A stretch of DNA of 64,000 nucleotides from Endomicrobiales bacterium (lineage in GTDB: Bacteria > Elusimicrobiota > Endomicrobiia > Endomicrobiales > CAWCFT01): contig CAWCFT010000006.1 of assembly GCA_963794945.1 (NCBI GenBank), forward strand, positions 64,001 to 128,000, written 5' to 3'. Positions 21,246 to 32,487 of the stretch are shown here, piece after piece. The translations under genes and the position numbers were made by a program. Below the pieces are notes generated by a model. That model was not told the origin of the DNA. It saw nothing but the letters and a program-made list of their open reading frames with translations, and made no database searches. Positions within the stretch are counted from its first letter, which is position 1; each line of letters starts with the position of its first letter.

Positions 21246-21635
21246 CTAGCAGGTAAACTGTTTTATAGTGTCCAGTATTTTTTGTACGTCGAAAGGTTTG
21301 CTGATTACTGCGTCGGCGAGTTTCAAGACATTCTCTTCTTCGTCTTCTTTATGATTCTTTGTGTTGAACGATTCTTTAGTCATTGGCCTGCCCGTCAGAA
21401 CGAGTATCTTTGCATTTTTCCGGATCCTTTTTTGTAGTCTTTAGAATATCGTAGCCTGTAAGCCCGGGCAGTTTGATATCAAGAAGTATAACATCGTAAT
21501 TGCCGTGATCTATATGTTTTTTACCTTCTAGGCCGTTATTAACGCGCTTATAATGTAGCCTTCATCCGTAAGCACCTCGGATAGTTCTTCGCACATTTCT
21601 TCGTCATCATCAACTATCAATATCCTATTTTTCAT
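21246..21635 (-). CDS. Single-domain response regulator (two apparent frameshifts; absent from ORF track)
   Basis: MKNRILIVDDDEEMCEEL..; YDVILLDIKLPGLTG; KILVLTG; VISKPFDV..TC*. Confidence 0.8.
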
Positions 21636-24600
21636 CTTGCCTCCCTCCCCCAAGAGCCTGTGTTACAGGCAGTGATATAGCAACCGTTGTCCCGTTCCCC
21701 AATTCGCTATCAATATTGATCGCCCCGTTATGGAGGTTTACGATCTCGTTGCAAATCGTCAGGCCAAGTCCAGTTCCTTTTGATTTCCGCGTAAAGAACG
21801 GCTCAAAAAGCCTTTCCATGTTTGCCTGCTCAATGCCTGTACCGTTGTCCTTAAATGTTATTATAACATTATTTTTTTCATCAAGCTCCGCTCTGATCTC
21901 GACCCTGCCGTTACTTTTGCTTATGGATTGGCTTGCATTATCGAGAACGTTACTAAACACCTCTCTTAGCTGAATGGAATCGGCCTTGATGCTCACGTCT
22001 TTGACAAGCTCGTACTGCTTGTCAAATTCTATGTTATTCTTGTCATATTTGTCCCTCGCAAAATTTATGCACTCGTCCAAAACGTCGTGCACCTTTACAT
22101 CTTCAAAGTTAGGAACTTTTATGCGTGAATAATTTAGCAGGTTGTTGATTATCTGATTGCTCTCGCTTATCTTTTTTTCAATGTTCGCTATATGGCTCCC
22201 AAGGTTCCCGCTCTGGTTCTTTTTTCTTATGTTATAAACGGCTGTCCTTATCACACCAAGTGGGTTGCGGAGCTCATGGGCGACGGTAGCAGACAGTGTG
22301 CCGATATCCGAAAGGCGTTTTGACTTTCCCAGTTCAACCTTGGCATTCATCAGTTCCTTTGTTCTTTCAACGACCAGCTTCTCTATCATGCTTACGTCCC
22401 TTTTTAGTATTTCTTCGGCCCTCTTTTGTTCAGTTATATCAAGGAACAACACGGCGAACTGGTGCGGTAAAGGACTGAACGCGTACACCTGATGGTATTT
22501 TTGCAGAGCGGGTGAATAGTATGAGAATTGGACCGCCTTGCCAGTTGACGCCATTTTAATATATTCCCGCACGAAGAGCGGGTCATCGTCAGGCGCAACC
22601 TCGCTTTGTTTTTTTCCAATAATATCTTCCCGCCTCAATCCCGTTAACCTTTCAAAAGCCGGATTTACATCTAATATCCGGTAATCGCAGGGCTTTCCCT
22701 TATCATCGTATATTATTTCGTTGAGGCTGAACCCTTCAGTCATCCCATTAAAAAGGGTACGGTAAAGTTCTTCACTCTTTTTTAGCGCTCCTTCCATTGC
22801 TTTCCGTTCGGTCACGTTCCTAAAGTATCCTATGATGCCGTCCACCCTGCCGAACGAATCGCGCTTGGGAATGTATGAGCCCTCAAAAAACTGGACACTC
22901 CCGTCTCTGGAAGTAAGAGGAACACTTACATATTCCCGGATACCGGTTTCAATGACTTTTCTCTTTAATTTTACAAGTTCATCAGCATCGGATCTGGATA
23001 AAATATCTAGATCCGTCTTCCCTATCATATCCGTTTCGCTTAAGCCAAGCTGCGGATTGACTACCCAGGCATACCGCAGCTCCGTATCTTGTATAAAAAT
23101 ATGGTCCGGAGTATTTGTAGCGATAAGCTTGAACTTTTCTTCGCTTTCCCTGAGTGCCTTTTCGGATTTAGTGTGTTCCACGCGCAGCCTAATAGTGTGA
23201 ATACCGTGAGCCGTGTCGTTTGCCAACTCTGCAAGGAGGTTCTTTTCGGTGTCCGCGAACACTTCTATTGACTGCGAGTATATAGAAATTGCCCCAAACG
23301 TTTTCCCATATGCCGTTAAAGGGATAACTATACACGAAGCATATCCTCTCTTCAAGGCCTCTTCGCGCCATGGTGCAAAATTAGGGTCAGTCTTTATGTT
23401 CCTGCATATACTGATCTGTCCTGTCCTTATCGCCGTACCGATTGGCCCGCGGCCTCGCTCCGCGTCAGCCCAGGTAAGGTTCAAAGTATCAAGGTATCCC
23501 TGTTCAAAACCCGCATATGCGGCAGGCCATATAGATTTCTCTTCGTCTTCCACCGCGTACCCTACCCAAACCATGGCATACCCGCAGTCCCTTACTATTA
23601 TGTTGCATATAGCGTCAAGGTATTCCGATTCTTCTGTGGCGCTTATTATTGACCGGCTGTTTCCGCCGAGAGCCTGGAGGACCCTGTTTATCCTGAGAAG
23701 ATCCTTTTCCCTTTCCTTAAGCTCCGTTATGTTCTTGCCGTAAATATTAACAAAACCTTCTTCTCTGATCGGCACAAATTCCAGCGTATAGGTAATGTCC
23801 CCAACATCGGTCTCAAAATGCTGGTTTTTTCTTGAAACAAGGCATTCTCTTATCATATCGGCTACATTGCCCGGCACCATGTAACCGGTTTTACAGCCCC
23901 ATTTCTCCAAGAGAATTGAACTCGACTCGTTTGCATATAACAAAACACCGTTTTTGGACACGCGCATAACCGGGCTCGGATTCTCGCGCGGATACCTGGC
24001 GAGGTCATCGAGCCCCTTTTCATAATTAAGCTTAGCTATGGCGACCGCTGCGTGGTTTGTCACCGCTTTCATGAAAGACAGATCAGATTCGCTGAATGTC
24101 TCGCGGCGGCTGGTACCGAACGACAGTGTCCCTATGACCTTTCCTCCTTCTGCTGTCAGCGGATGGCACGCATATGCTTTTATGCCGTAGGATTTAACTA
24201 ACTTCGTCTTTTCATCCTGTGAAGAATTAATATGCTCGGCAACCACGCGGCTCCTGTCCCTTGCCACGCAGCGGCAGACCGACGAACCATATTCTAGCCA
24301 TTCGATGCGCTTGGCTTCTTCTTCCGGGATACCGGAATAAGCATTAAGGTGAAGCCTTACGGTTTTTTCATCCACAAGATAATTGAAATATACCTGACAG
24401 TCAAGATACTCCATTACTTTGCGGCATAGAGACTCTACGAGTTTCTGGGGTTCAGGCGACTGCAAAAGCTTAACCGCCACTTCTGAGAGTAATGCGAACC
24501 TTACCGCGTGGACCTGCCAGCGTTTTTCACTTTCGATCAAGGCTTCCTGCGACAGTTCTCTTTCAGTGATATCATACGCCACCTCGCCGGCACCGGAGAT

Positions 24601-26108
24601 CTTGCCATCGGAATCTCTTATCGGGGTCTGCTGTGACAAATAAGTTCTTCGATATAACTTTGGATCGCCGTATTCTATTTTTCTGGTAAGATTCTCACCT
24701 TTAAGCACCTTCTCCCACTCGCCGACAATGATCTTGAGCTGTTCCGGCATCTGAGAGAAAACATCGAGCAAACTCATGCCGATGCTGATATCTTTACCGC
24801 TCAGGAGCTTGATCTCTTCCTTATAAGACTCATTGAAAAATATGTAGCGAAAGTCTGTGTCTATCGCTGCTATTATCACTTCGGTACCCCTGGTCACGGC
24901 TTCAAGCAGTTCATGTGCCCGTTTCAACCTGCGTTCGGTTAGCTTTTGTTCTGTGATATCGACTCCAGAGCTAAGGACTGCCGTTATATTTCCACTGTCA
25001 TCTTTAAGCAGGCTGTTGCGCCAGGATATTAAACGTTCGCTCCCATCTTTTAGCAGTATTAGATGTTCAATTTGTTCCACAAACTTCATTTCTCCTGATA
25101 TAAGCCTGCTAAAAGCATCTTCCGCTTCATTCCTAAACCTTTCGGGAACAAATGTATTGAACCAGTTCTTGCCGATAATCTCTTCTCTTTCATAACCTAG
25201 CATCTCACAGCCTTTAACATTTATCATACTCACAACCCGTGACGCTTCTATGATCACGCTCATATCACTCGATATATCCAGGCATTTACGCGTAAGGTCC
25301 ATTTCATTTTTCAGGCTCGGGAACAAAAGATCGTAAGGCCTTTTAAACCCGGTTTCTATGACTGCCTTGTAAATGAAATATGCCGAAACCATCCTGAAGA
25401 AATGGCCTGCAATGCTCATTGGCCCATTGGGATTATTATAAAGTGCTATGCTTATTTCACTAAGGACAGCGAAAAGCAGGCAAAGCACGAAATATTTTGA
25501 CACTTCACTGTCCAGTGATTTGCCTTTTTTAAGCGTTATAAAAGCTGAGACTGCAAAAGACCCCACTATCACGAACTCGCACAATATTTTAAATAAAGTA
25601 AACCCCGAGCCCTGAACATAGCACGCGGGGAACCAGCCTTTGTACACAAACGCGAATACGGCTGTAACAAATAAAAAATATACTGCGCTAAAATATCTGG
25701 AGCTGATCCTGTTCCCAATATAAAATGGAGCTATAAGGAAGGATACTGCCTGAAGGGATCGGGCGTGCTAACCACAACTGGGTTGCCGGCATCCTGCCGG
25801 CTTAGGGGTGATATAACATTCATTCCCGTGAAAGAGAACGTGTGGGCAATATCTATGAACCCTGTGAACAGGTATGCTATGCCAAGAATAACAAAAAAAC
25901 CGTTATTCATATAACGGCGGGCGTTCCATGTGAGGGCGAATATGCCAAACCCTGCCATGATACTGAATGTTTCTGAAATAGTTTGGAAAAGCAGAAAATC
26001 TTTGGCGGCGAGATAGAAAAATGCGGCGGCTACCACAATGAACTCTAAAGCTCTGAGAACGCCTTTTTGGTACCCTGTTCCATCGAGGGATAAAGCTTTA
26101 GCGTTCAT
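21625..26108 (-). CDS. MASE3-multi-PAS/GAF sensor histidine kinase (N-terminal MASE3 split off by frameshifts at about 25763-25790)
   Basis: MASE3 features (WNARR..NNGF..GIAYLF..DIAHT; ATQLWLAAR; GLTxFKI-like; GHFF) across 25731-26108 and 21625-25647; several PAS, two GAF; AHELRNPL, GTGLGL. Confidence 0.9.
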
Positions 26109-26827
26109 GACTTCCTGAATTTTTTCTTTTTTCTTGATTCCGTAGGCGTGGCCCCAGTGACTTTTTTAAATATGCGCATGAATGATTCCGGGTTCATGTA
26201 TCCCAGCTTGTCAGAAACCTCGCTTATAGTGCACCCGGTTTCGGCCAGCATCAGCCGCGCCTTGTCTATTTTTATCTTAAGTTTGTAGTCCATAAATCCT
26301 GTTCCGGCTATATCCTTAAAAACCCTGCTTAGATATTTCGGGCTAAGGCCCGCGGCCTTGGCCGCATCTTCGAGTGATATTTTTCTCAGCCAGTTCCTTT
26401 CGATATAGCGTTTTATCCTGTTTATTTTTTGCTGTATCTCCGTAGCACCGGCTTCGTTTTTATGCTTGGACGCTTCGAGCAGCTTTTCGATTATCTGCTT
26501 CAGTTTGTCTATATTTACCGGTTTTTCCAAATAATCGTTAGCCTGCCCGCGGAGCGATTCAACGGCGATATCCTTCGAGCTAAACGCCGTAAGAATGATG
26601 ACTTTAAGCTCGGGGTCCCTTTTCTTGATTACGCTCAGTATTTCAGTCCCTGTCAAACCCGGCATTTTGTAATCGAGAATAACGAGGTCTACTTCGTTAG
26701 GTTTATTAAGTATCTCAAGCGCCCTCTGCCCGTCTGATGCTTCAATGACATTATACTCGTCAAGACTGCACACCAGCTCTTCCCTGAATTCTTTTTCGTC
26801 ATCTACGATAAGAATTGTCTCGCTCAT
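26105..26827 (-). CDS. Response regulator with AraC-type HTH output
   Basis: ILIVDDE, ILDYKMP, YLEKP; SPKYLSRVFK, ISEVSDKLGYMNPESFMRIFKKVTGATP. Confidence 0.95.
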   Translation of the reverse strand: MSETILIVDDEKEFREELVCSLDEYNVIEASDGQRALEILNKPNEVDLVILDYKMPGLTGTEILSVIKKRDPELKVIILTAFSSKDIAVESLRGQANDYLEKPVNIDKLKQIIEKLLEASKHKNEAGATEIQQKINRIKRYIERNWLRKISLEDAAKAAGLSPKYLSRVFKDIAGTGFMDYKLKIKIDKARLMLAETGCTISEVSDKLGYMNPESFMRIFKKVTGATPTESRKKKKFRKS

Positions 26828-26863
26828 TTTCCACCCCTCTAATGTGTTTACAGTTTAAGTAAA

Positions 26864-26924
26864 ATTGTACAACTATTAACCGCATATATCAATAACCTTT
26901 TTCCGGAATTAGCTGACTTTTTTC
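26864..26924 (-). promoter_or_regulatory. Tandem-box promoter (copy 4; regulator's own promoter)
   Basis: GAAAAAAGTCAG-N9-GAAAAAGGTTAT-N22-TACAAT; -35 TTGATA-N17. Confidence 0.75.
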
Positions 26925-26967
26925 TACTATAGAAATCCGGCTATTTCTGGCCGCCATGCAAAATACA

Positions 26968-27003
26968 AAGAAGCCCCGCGGTTCTATGACCGCGAAACTT
27001 CTT
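26968..27003. terminator. Hairpin terminator
   Basis: AAGAAG..CGCGGT-loop-ACCGCG..CTTCTT. Confidence 0.55.
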
Positions 27004-27077
27004 TTTCTTTCTATTGCCCTTCCGTCATGACAGCTGAAGTACAGGCGTATATTTATAAAACCGGCAAAGACCGGCGT

Positions 27078-27452
27078 TCAATCCATGTCCTCCCAAAGCT
27101 CCAGAATATTACCCTCTGTATCCATGACCTCAGCCCACCACCCCCACTCACCTGCCTCTGTTTTGCCCGTTACTACCTTGCCGCCCGATCCTTTAACGGC
27201 CTTTAGCGTCTTTTCTATTGAAGGCACGTCAACCACGACCGTAACCTTGTCTGACTTCGACTCTCTTTTGAATATCCCGCCGTTGATCGCGCCTTTTTCT
27301 TTTGGCATCCAGTTTTTATCCGTATCGACAGTTTCTATGTGGTAATAATCCTCTTTGTGGGCGTCAATCTTCCAGCCAAAGACCTTTTTAAAGAATTTCT
27401 TCGCCCTGTCCATCTTTTCGGCTGGTATTTCAAAACCTGTTACTTTATCCAT
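27078..27452 (-). CDS. VOC/glyoxalase family protein
   Basis: FEIPA..RAKKFFKKVFGW, GAINGG, DTEGNILELWE. Confidence 0.92.
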   Translation of the reverse strand: MDKVTGFEIPAEKMDRAKKFFKKVFGWKIDAHKEDYYHIETVDTDKNWMPKEKGAINGGIFKRESKSDKVTVVVDVPSIEKTLKAVKGSGGKVVTGKTEAGEWGWWAEVMDTEGNILELWEDMD

Positions 27453-27480
27453 ATTCCCTCCTTGCTTTTTTAGCTGTTGT

Positions 27481-27924
27481 TTAAAGCTCTGCCTCGCTCA
27501 TCCACGCGCCGTGAATGTTGCACCTCCCGATCACCGTGATCCTTCCTTTTGACACTTTCAGGTGCAGCCCGACTGCCGGATTCATGTTAATTGGTGCCAG
27601 GTACGTTCGTGACACATATTTTTTATCAATGTAAACATCGATGTACATGATATAATGCTCGGGCAGCATAGGATGGATGACCTCGCCTATCCTTATATTG
27701 ACATCCTCGCACTCGTCCGGAACAAGCTTGCACGCTTTTGTAACGGATATCTGCGGTATATGCTTTTTGTTCGTCTCAAGTTTTTCTGTGTCCTTTGACG
27801 GCTCAACGATGGCAATCGGGTCCTCCTTGAACGATTCCTTTGGTGCAAGGCACACAGGGCATTTCTCCGGAGCTTTTCCGTCAATCGCTATAAATCCGCA
27901 AACTTTGCATTCTAATCCTTTCAT
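27481..27924 (-). CDS. Superoxide reductase/desulfoferrodoxin-family protein with N-terminal rubredoxin-like domain
   Basis: CKVCG..PEKCPVC; KKHIP, HPMLPEHYI, CNIHG. Confidence 0.9.
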   Translation of the reverse strand: MKGLECKVCGFIAIDGKAPEKCPVCLAPKESFKEDPIAIVEPSKDTEKLETNKKHIPQISVTKACKLVPDECEDVNIRIGEVIHPMLPEHYIMYIDVYIDKKYVSRTYLAPINMNPAVGLHLKVSKGRITVIGRCNIHGAWMSEAEL

Positions 27925-27967
27925 TTGATTCCTCCTAGATGCTTCGTTTCTGGTCTACATGCTTTAA

Positions 27968-28552
27968 CTAAAGCTGCGTTGCCACCCACTTGCCGTCTTT
28001 TGTCTTGGATAATTTGAGTTTCGCGTGGCATCTGGGGCACGTTATAATGTCGCCTTCTTTAGCGCCCACAGGCACTATATTTTCCTGCCCGCAAACCGGA
28101 CAGCCCACCGTTGAATTTTCAATATATGTGATCTGTACCGGCTTCGGAGCCTGCACCGAGATCATAACCAGCTCCTTATTGCCGGAATTCACTAGGCCGT
28201 GCGGTACGTTAGCCGGGCCGTAAACAACGGAACCGCTGTCTACCATGATCTGGTCACTGCCCACAGTGAATTGCCCTCTGCCTTCCGTTATATAGAACAG
28301 TTCATCGTTGTTCGGGTGTTTGTGAAAATAGAGCAGCTGTTTGGGCTCGAAATAATATATATTGAATATAAATTTGTCGGTGATAAGCGGTACTTTTTTC
28401 AGAGATTCTTTTGCGTCGAACTCCCTAATATCATTAATATTTACTGTTTGTATCCCGTCCCTTTTCACGGGCGCCATTTTGGTCGTATCGTCCGCCAAAC
28501 CCAAGGCGACGGATGCCAACATAACCGATACCAGCAATGCCAGTCTTTTCAT
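27968..28552 (-). CDS. Exported cupin-domain protein with C-terminal zinc ribbon
   Basis: RBS AAGGAGG; signal peptide; HKHPNNDE..PANVPH cupin; CPVCG..CPRC. Confidence 0.8.
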   Translation of the reverse strand: MKRLALLVSVMLASVALGLADDTTKMAPVKRDGIQTVNINDIREFDAKESLKKVPLITDKFIFNIYYFEPKQLLYFHKHPNNDELFYITEGRGQFTVGSDQIMVDSGSVVYGPANVPHGLVNSGNKELVMISVQAPKPVQITYIENSTVGCPVCGQENIVPVGAKEGDIITCPRCHAKLKLSKTKDGKWVATQL

Positions 28553-28587
28553 TTTGTCCTCCTTAAACATTTTTAAATGCCAACAAA

Positions 28588-28648
28588 AGTATACAAAGTC
28601 GGCCCGCGATACTCAATGTTGTATTTCTCTTAAAAACTGACTTTGTTT
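28588..28648 (-). promoter_or_regulatory. Tandem-box promoter (copy 5)
   Basis: AAACAAAGTCAG-N9-GAAATACAACAT-N22-TATACT; -35 TTGAGT-N17. Confidence 0.72.
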
Positions 28649-28685
28649 ACACCTTAACTATTTACACTGTTATGGGATTTTTGGC

Positions 28686-29999
28686 TCAAACGGGGGTATT
28701 TCTAAAAGGCAGGTTCACTGTTACAGTCGTTCCTTTATCTACTTCGCTTTCTATCTTAATTGTGCCGTTGTGAAGTTTAACGATCTGATCGCACACCGCA
28801 AGGCCGAGCCCAGTTCCTTTGGCTTTTGTCGAAAAAAAAGGCTCGAATATCCTGTCCAGTATCTCCTTTGGGATGCCCGAGCCGTTATCCCTGACGGCAA
28901 TGCCGACAAATCCGCTCTGAATACCGGCATTGATCGTGACCATTCCGGAGCGGTCCTTTACAGCGTCGCAGGCGTTGTAGAAGATATTGTTGAATAGCTC
29001 TTTCATCTGGAACGGATCGGCAGTAAAAACTATCCCTTTTTCAGAGGCGTACTGCGCAGCTATAGTTACTTTTTTGCCCGCGTTCCTGCCATGCGCTGAA
29101 TTGATGCAGTCGCTTATTATGTCCCTGATGTTAGTTTTTTCATACTGCGGCGGTCTAAGGCGGGAGTAGAACAAAAGATTATTAATTATGCAGTCGCTTT
29201 CAAAAACCTTTTTCTCTATGTTAAGCAGCTTTGCGTCGAATTCAGTGCTTTGGATTTTCCTTTTAATGTTATACGCGGCTAGTTTTATGGCGGCGAGCGG
29301 GGTTCTTAATTCGTGCGCCACCGTAGCCGCGAGTATTCCTATGTCTTTAAGCCGTTTGGACTGCTCTATCTCCAGCCTGGCGTACAGCAGGTCGCGTGTT
29401 TTTTCGCTGACGATCTTCTCCAGCGCTTCTTTGTCGCGTGACAGGACCTCTTCTAGTTTCTTTCGGTCGCTTATATCTATGGCCGCTACGTAACATTGCG
29501 GCGGCCCCGCAGGAGATTTTATCTTTACACCGTCAAGCCTGGCGAAGAACGGCGCCCTTTTAACCGCGTTAAGCATTACTTCGCCGGTGCACCGCTCTCC
29601 GGACACCAAAACGTGGCTCAGGAACAAGCTGAAGGAATCCCTGTAACCCTCGGCCACGAATGACGAGAACCTTTTATTTATTAAATGATCTTTATTTATC
29701 CCCAGCTGGTGGCCCGCGAAAAGGTTAGCGTCCAGAACAACACCGTTGATGTCAATAGTGTAATAACCTACGGGCGCGAAGTCGTAAAGGTCAAGGTACT
29801 TATCGCGAGCGGTTTCGGCGAATTGGCGGAGGATGGTAAGATCGTCGTTTTGAAGTTCGAGCTCTGTCTGGTGCAGCTTAAGTTCTTGGATAAGCCGCTC
29901 GGCGCGGCGTTTCTTCAAGGTGCACGCGGGCACGCCTTTTTTCATCTGCAGCATTTCCGTCCTTACCGGAAGGCAATTCCTGCTGACTTTTCTCTTCAT
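28686..29999 (-). CDS. Cytoplasmic PAS histidine kinase
   Basis: ELKLHQTELELQN coil, YLDLYDFAPVGY PAS, AHELRTPL, GTGLGL; start uncertain. Confidence 0.92.
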   Translation of the reverse strand: MKRKVSRNCLPVRTEMLQMKKGVPACTLKKRRAERLIQELKLHQTELELQNDDLTILRQFAETARDKYLDLYDFAPVGYYTIDINGVVLDANLFAGHQLGINKDHLINKRFSSFVAEGYRDSFSLFLSHVLVSGERCTGEVMLNAVKRAPFFARLDGVKIKSPAGPPQCYVAAIDISDRKKLEEVLSRDKEALEKIVSEKTRDLLYARLEIEQSKRLKDIGILAATVAHELRTPLAAIKLAAYNIKRKIQSTEFDAKLLNIEKKVFESDCIINNLLFYSRLRPPQYEKTNIRDIISDCINSAHGRNAGKKVTIAAQYASEKGIVFTADPFQMKELFNNIFYNACDAVKDRSGMVTINAGIQSGFVGIAVRDNGSGIPKEILDRIFEPFFSTKAKGTGLGLAVCDQIVKLHNGTIKIESEVDKGTTVTVNLPFRNTPV

Positions 30000-30006
30000 C
30001 GCTTTA

Positions 30007-30067
30007 ATTATAATTTAACTAAAGCTTCCATAACATTACCAAACTCCACAATTTACTGACTTATTTC
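30007..30067 (-). promoter_or_regulatory. Tandem-box promoter (copy 6)
   Basis: GAAATAAGTCAG-N9-GAGTTTGGTAAT-N22-TATAAT. Confidence 0.72.
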
Positions 30068-30186
30068 CTCTTTATTGTTGTTAAAATGAAAAAATATGCA
30101 CCGTGGTTAATAGCAGATATTGTAAATATACACTTTACATAAATCCATGGCCTAAAAGGGGCTTACCTTGCGTCTAACCTGGCTTT

Positions 30187-30399
30187 TCAGCCGTTCTTTC
30201 TCTTTTTCCGGACTTCATCTATGCCTTCCCTGAACCCCTGAATCGCGTCCTTTGCAGTATCTACGGCTGTACCGACAGCCTTGCCGGACAATTTCACGGC
30301 TTCTTTGCCGGCGCCCTTTAGGCTTTCTTTGATCTCTTCGGCTGTCTTTATTACGGTTTCCCTGACCGCCTTCTTGACACTGCTTTCTTGTTTTTCCAT
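30187..30399 (-). CDS. Small hydrophilic helical protein
   Basis: RBS AGGAG; K/E/A-rich. Confidence 0.65.
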   Translation of the reverse strand: MEKQESSVKKAVRETVIKTAEEIKESLKGAGKEAVKLSGKAVGTAVDTAKDAIQGFREGIDEVRKKRKNG

Positions 30400-30409
30400 A
30401 GTTTTCTCC

Positions 30410-31810
30410 TTAGCTTAGATCTCTAATAATGACCTGGTAAAATTCGTTCCATTCTATGACAAAGTGCTGCAAATTCATTTCCACTTGGAACGTGCTGCCG
30501 TCTTTACGTTGATTATAGGTTTTAAATATATGGTTCCCTTTCCTGTTGAGTATATCGAATTCATTTGTAAATGCTTCAAGAGATTCTGGCGCCTGCAAGT
30601 CTTTCGCGTTCAGCTCAAGCATTTCCGCCCTGGAGTACTGGTAAGAGCTAAGCGCTTTATCGTTAGCTTCTATCACTTTAAAGTCCTTATCGAGGATTAG
30701 GATAATAATGTTCGCATATCTTATAAGATAATCATATTTTTTCGCGATCGTCTTACGCTCTACCTCAGCTTCATATTGTTTTTTATAAATGTTTCCTATC
30801 TGCTGGTACCATATCGACCCTACTATCGCACCGGCCGCCAGCACGCTGCACAACACAAGCAGCGATATAAGCAGCGCCCTTCTTCTCACCGGTGCGTAAA
30901 CCTCTTCTTTGTCTATCTTTGCGATCAGTTTCCATGTCGAACCTGGCACAGCCTTAATTGCCGCCACCACAAGATTGCCACGGTAGTTAATGCCTTCGGT
31001 AAGGCCTTCAAACCCGCTGGCGGCCATCGTTGCGGGTGACCGCTTGCTGCTTAGTGGGACAAAATACGAAAGTGCGGCGTTACGTAGGAACCTAAGTTTG
31101 TTCAAATAAAGGGCATTGTCGCCTTCTCTTCTCACCAACAAAGTTTCAAATGTTTTGGTCTCAACGGGCCAGGTCTGCACGAATGGAAAAAGGAATTTTT
31201 CCGGATCAATCCTTAATAACAGAAGGCCCACAACACCAGCGCCGCCGGCACGGTTTTCGACAACCGGGGCATAAATATCTAGATTCACCGATATGCCGGA
31301 CCCGTTCCTGTACAGGTCTGACATGACCGCTTCTTTATTTTTTACGGCGCTGGATGCCAGGTCGTGTTCATATCTGCCAAGCGAGGAGTCCGCGTTTTCG
31401 CTTTTAAACGCAACCTCGTTCAACGAGGTTGAATAAAGATAAATACCTTTATATTCCAAATGATCATAAAATTGTCTGGTCCATCTGTAAAACATTCTAT
31501 TTCGTTCATCTTTATTCATGACCTTCAAAAGCTGGCTTATTTTATTGGAATCTTCAAATATCGGCGCAAGTTTTGAAGCGTCGGCCAGGCGTTCGTTCCG
31601 CCAGTTGACCACTTGTTCTACTTTTAATTCCGCGATGGTCGACAACTCTTCTTTTCTCTGGTTAAGTATTTCTTTTTTGCGGTCTTCGAAATAGGCATAC
31701 CCTAACCCCATCAATACGATTACAAATAAAAAATATACGGCAAGAAGCCTATACAAGGACTTCCTGAGCTTTGCATCATATGCGATCAATGCTCTTACCG
31801 TGCTTTCCAT
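30410..31810 (-). CDS. Membrane Cache-like sensor with C-terminal PAS and no output domain
   Basis: TM, ELSTIAELK..WRNER, periplasmic domain, TM, PAS ending IIRDLS*. Confidence 0.78.
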   Translation of the reverse strand: MESTVRALIAYDAKLRKSLYRLLAVYFLFVIVLMGLGYAYFEDRKKEILNQRKEELSTIAELKVEQVVNWRNERLADASKLAPIFEDSNKISQLLKVMNKDERNRMFYRWTRQFYDHLEYKGIYLYSTSLNEVAFKSENADSSLGRYEHDLASSAVKNKEAVMSDLYRNGSGISVNLDIYAPVVENRAGGAGVVGLLLLRIDPEKFLFPFVQTWPVETKTFETLLVRREGDNALYLNKLRFLRNAALSYFVPLSSKRSPATMAASGFEGLTEGINYRGNLVVAAIKAVPGSTWKLIAKIDKEEVYAPVRRRALLISLLVLCSVLAAGAIVGSIWYQQIGNIYKKQYEAEVERKTIAKKYDYLIRYANIIILILDKDFKVIEANDKALSSYQYSRAEMLELNAKDLQAPESLEAFTNEFDILNRKGNHIFKTYNQRKDGSTFQVEMNLQHFVIEWNEFYQVIIRDLS

Positions 31811-31851
31811 TTTGTTCCTGTAGTACAATAAAGCATCATATTACGATTCCG

Positions 31852-32456
31852 TTATTTTCTTGCCGGTTGCTGCTCTACGAACTCAAACGCCGGCGAATCC
31901 ATACAGTAGCGCTTGTGCGTCGGGGGCGGGCCATCGCCGAATACTTCGCCAAGATAAGCGCGCAGCGGGCGCAAAACACCCGCGTACGGATGCCAAGAAA
32001 CGTCAGGCGATTTCTGAGGGTGATATTTTCTTCCGCAACCGGAGCTGTAAAGCTGGGCCAGCCGGAACCGGAATCATATTTCTTGTCGGAACTGAAAAGG
32101 TCTGTGCCGCACCTCGCACAGCGGTAGAGGCCTTTCTTTTTGTTATCATAGAATTTATTCGCAAACGGTTTTTCCGTGCCTTGCCTTACTGTTATGTAAT
32201 ACTGCTCGGGGCTAAGCAGTGTTTTCCATTCGGCATCAGACTTTCTTACTATCGATACGTTCACGAACGCCTTTTTTTCCACGCTGTACACAGCGATTAT
32301 TCCGTTGGGCGCGTTCCTGTCCCTTTGTCCGGATGAGTACATGGTTTTATAATACGCGAACAATATCGCTGCCAGCGCCAGGAATACCGCTGTGATAGCT
32401 AATTTGAATTTTGCACCCGGTTTATTCGACCTGTATATTTCTGTGTTGTAGATCAT
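31852..32456 (-). CDS. msrB: Peptide-methionine (R)-S-oxide reductase (frameshift near 31960)
   Basis: GTEKPF, CARCG, KYDSGSGWPSF; alternative frame (G)AYLGEVFGDGPPPTHKRYCMDS. Confidence 0.9.
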
Positions 32457-32487
32457 AAATAACCGTCCCCGGCATTACTGCAGAGAT

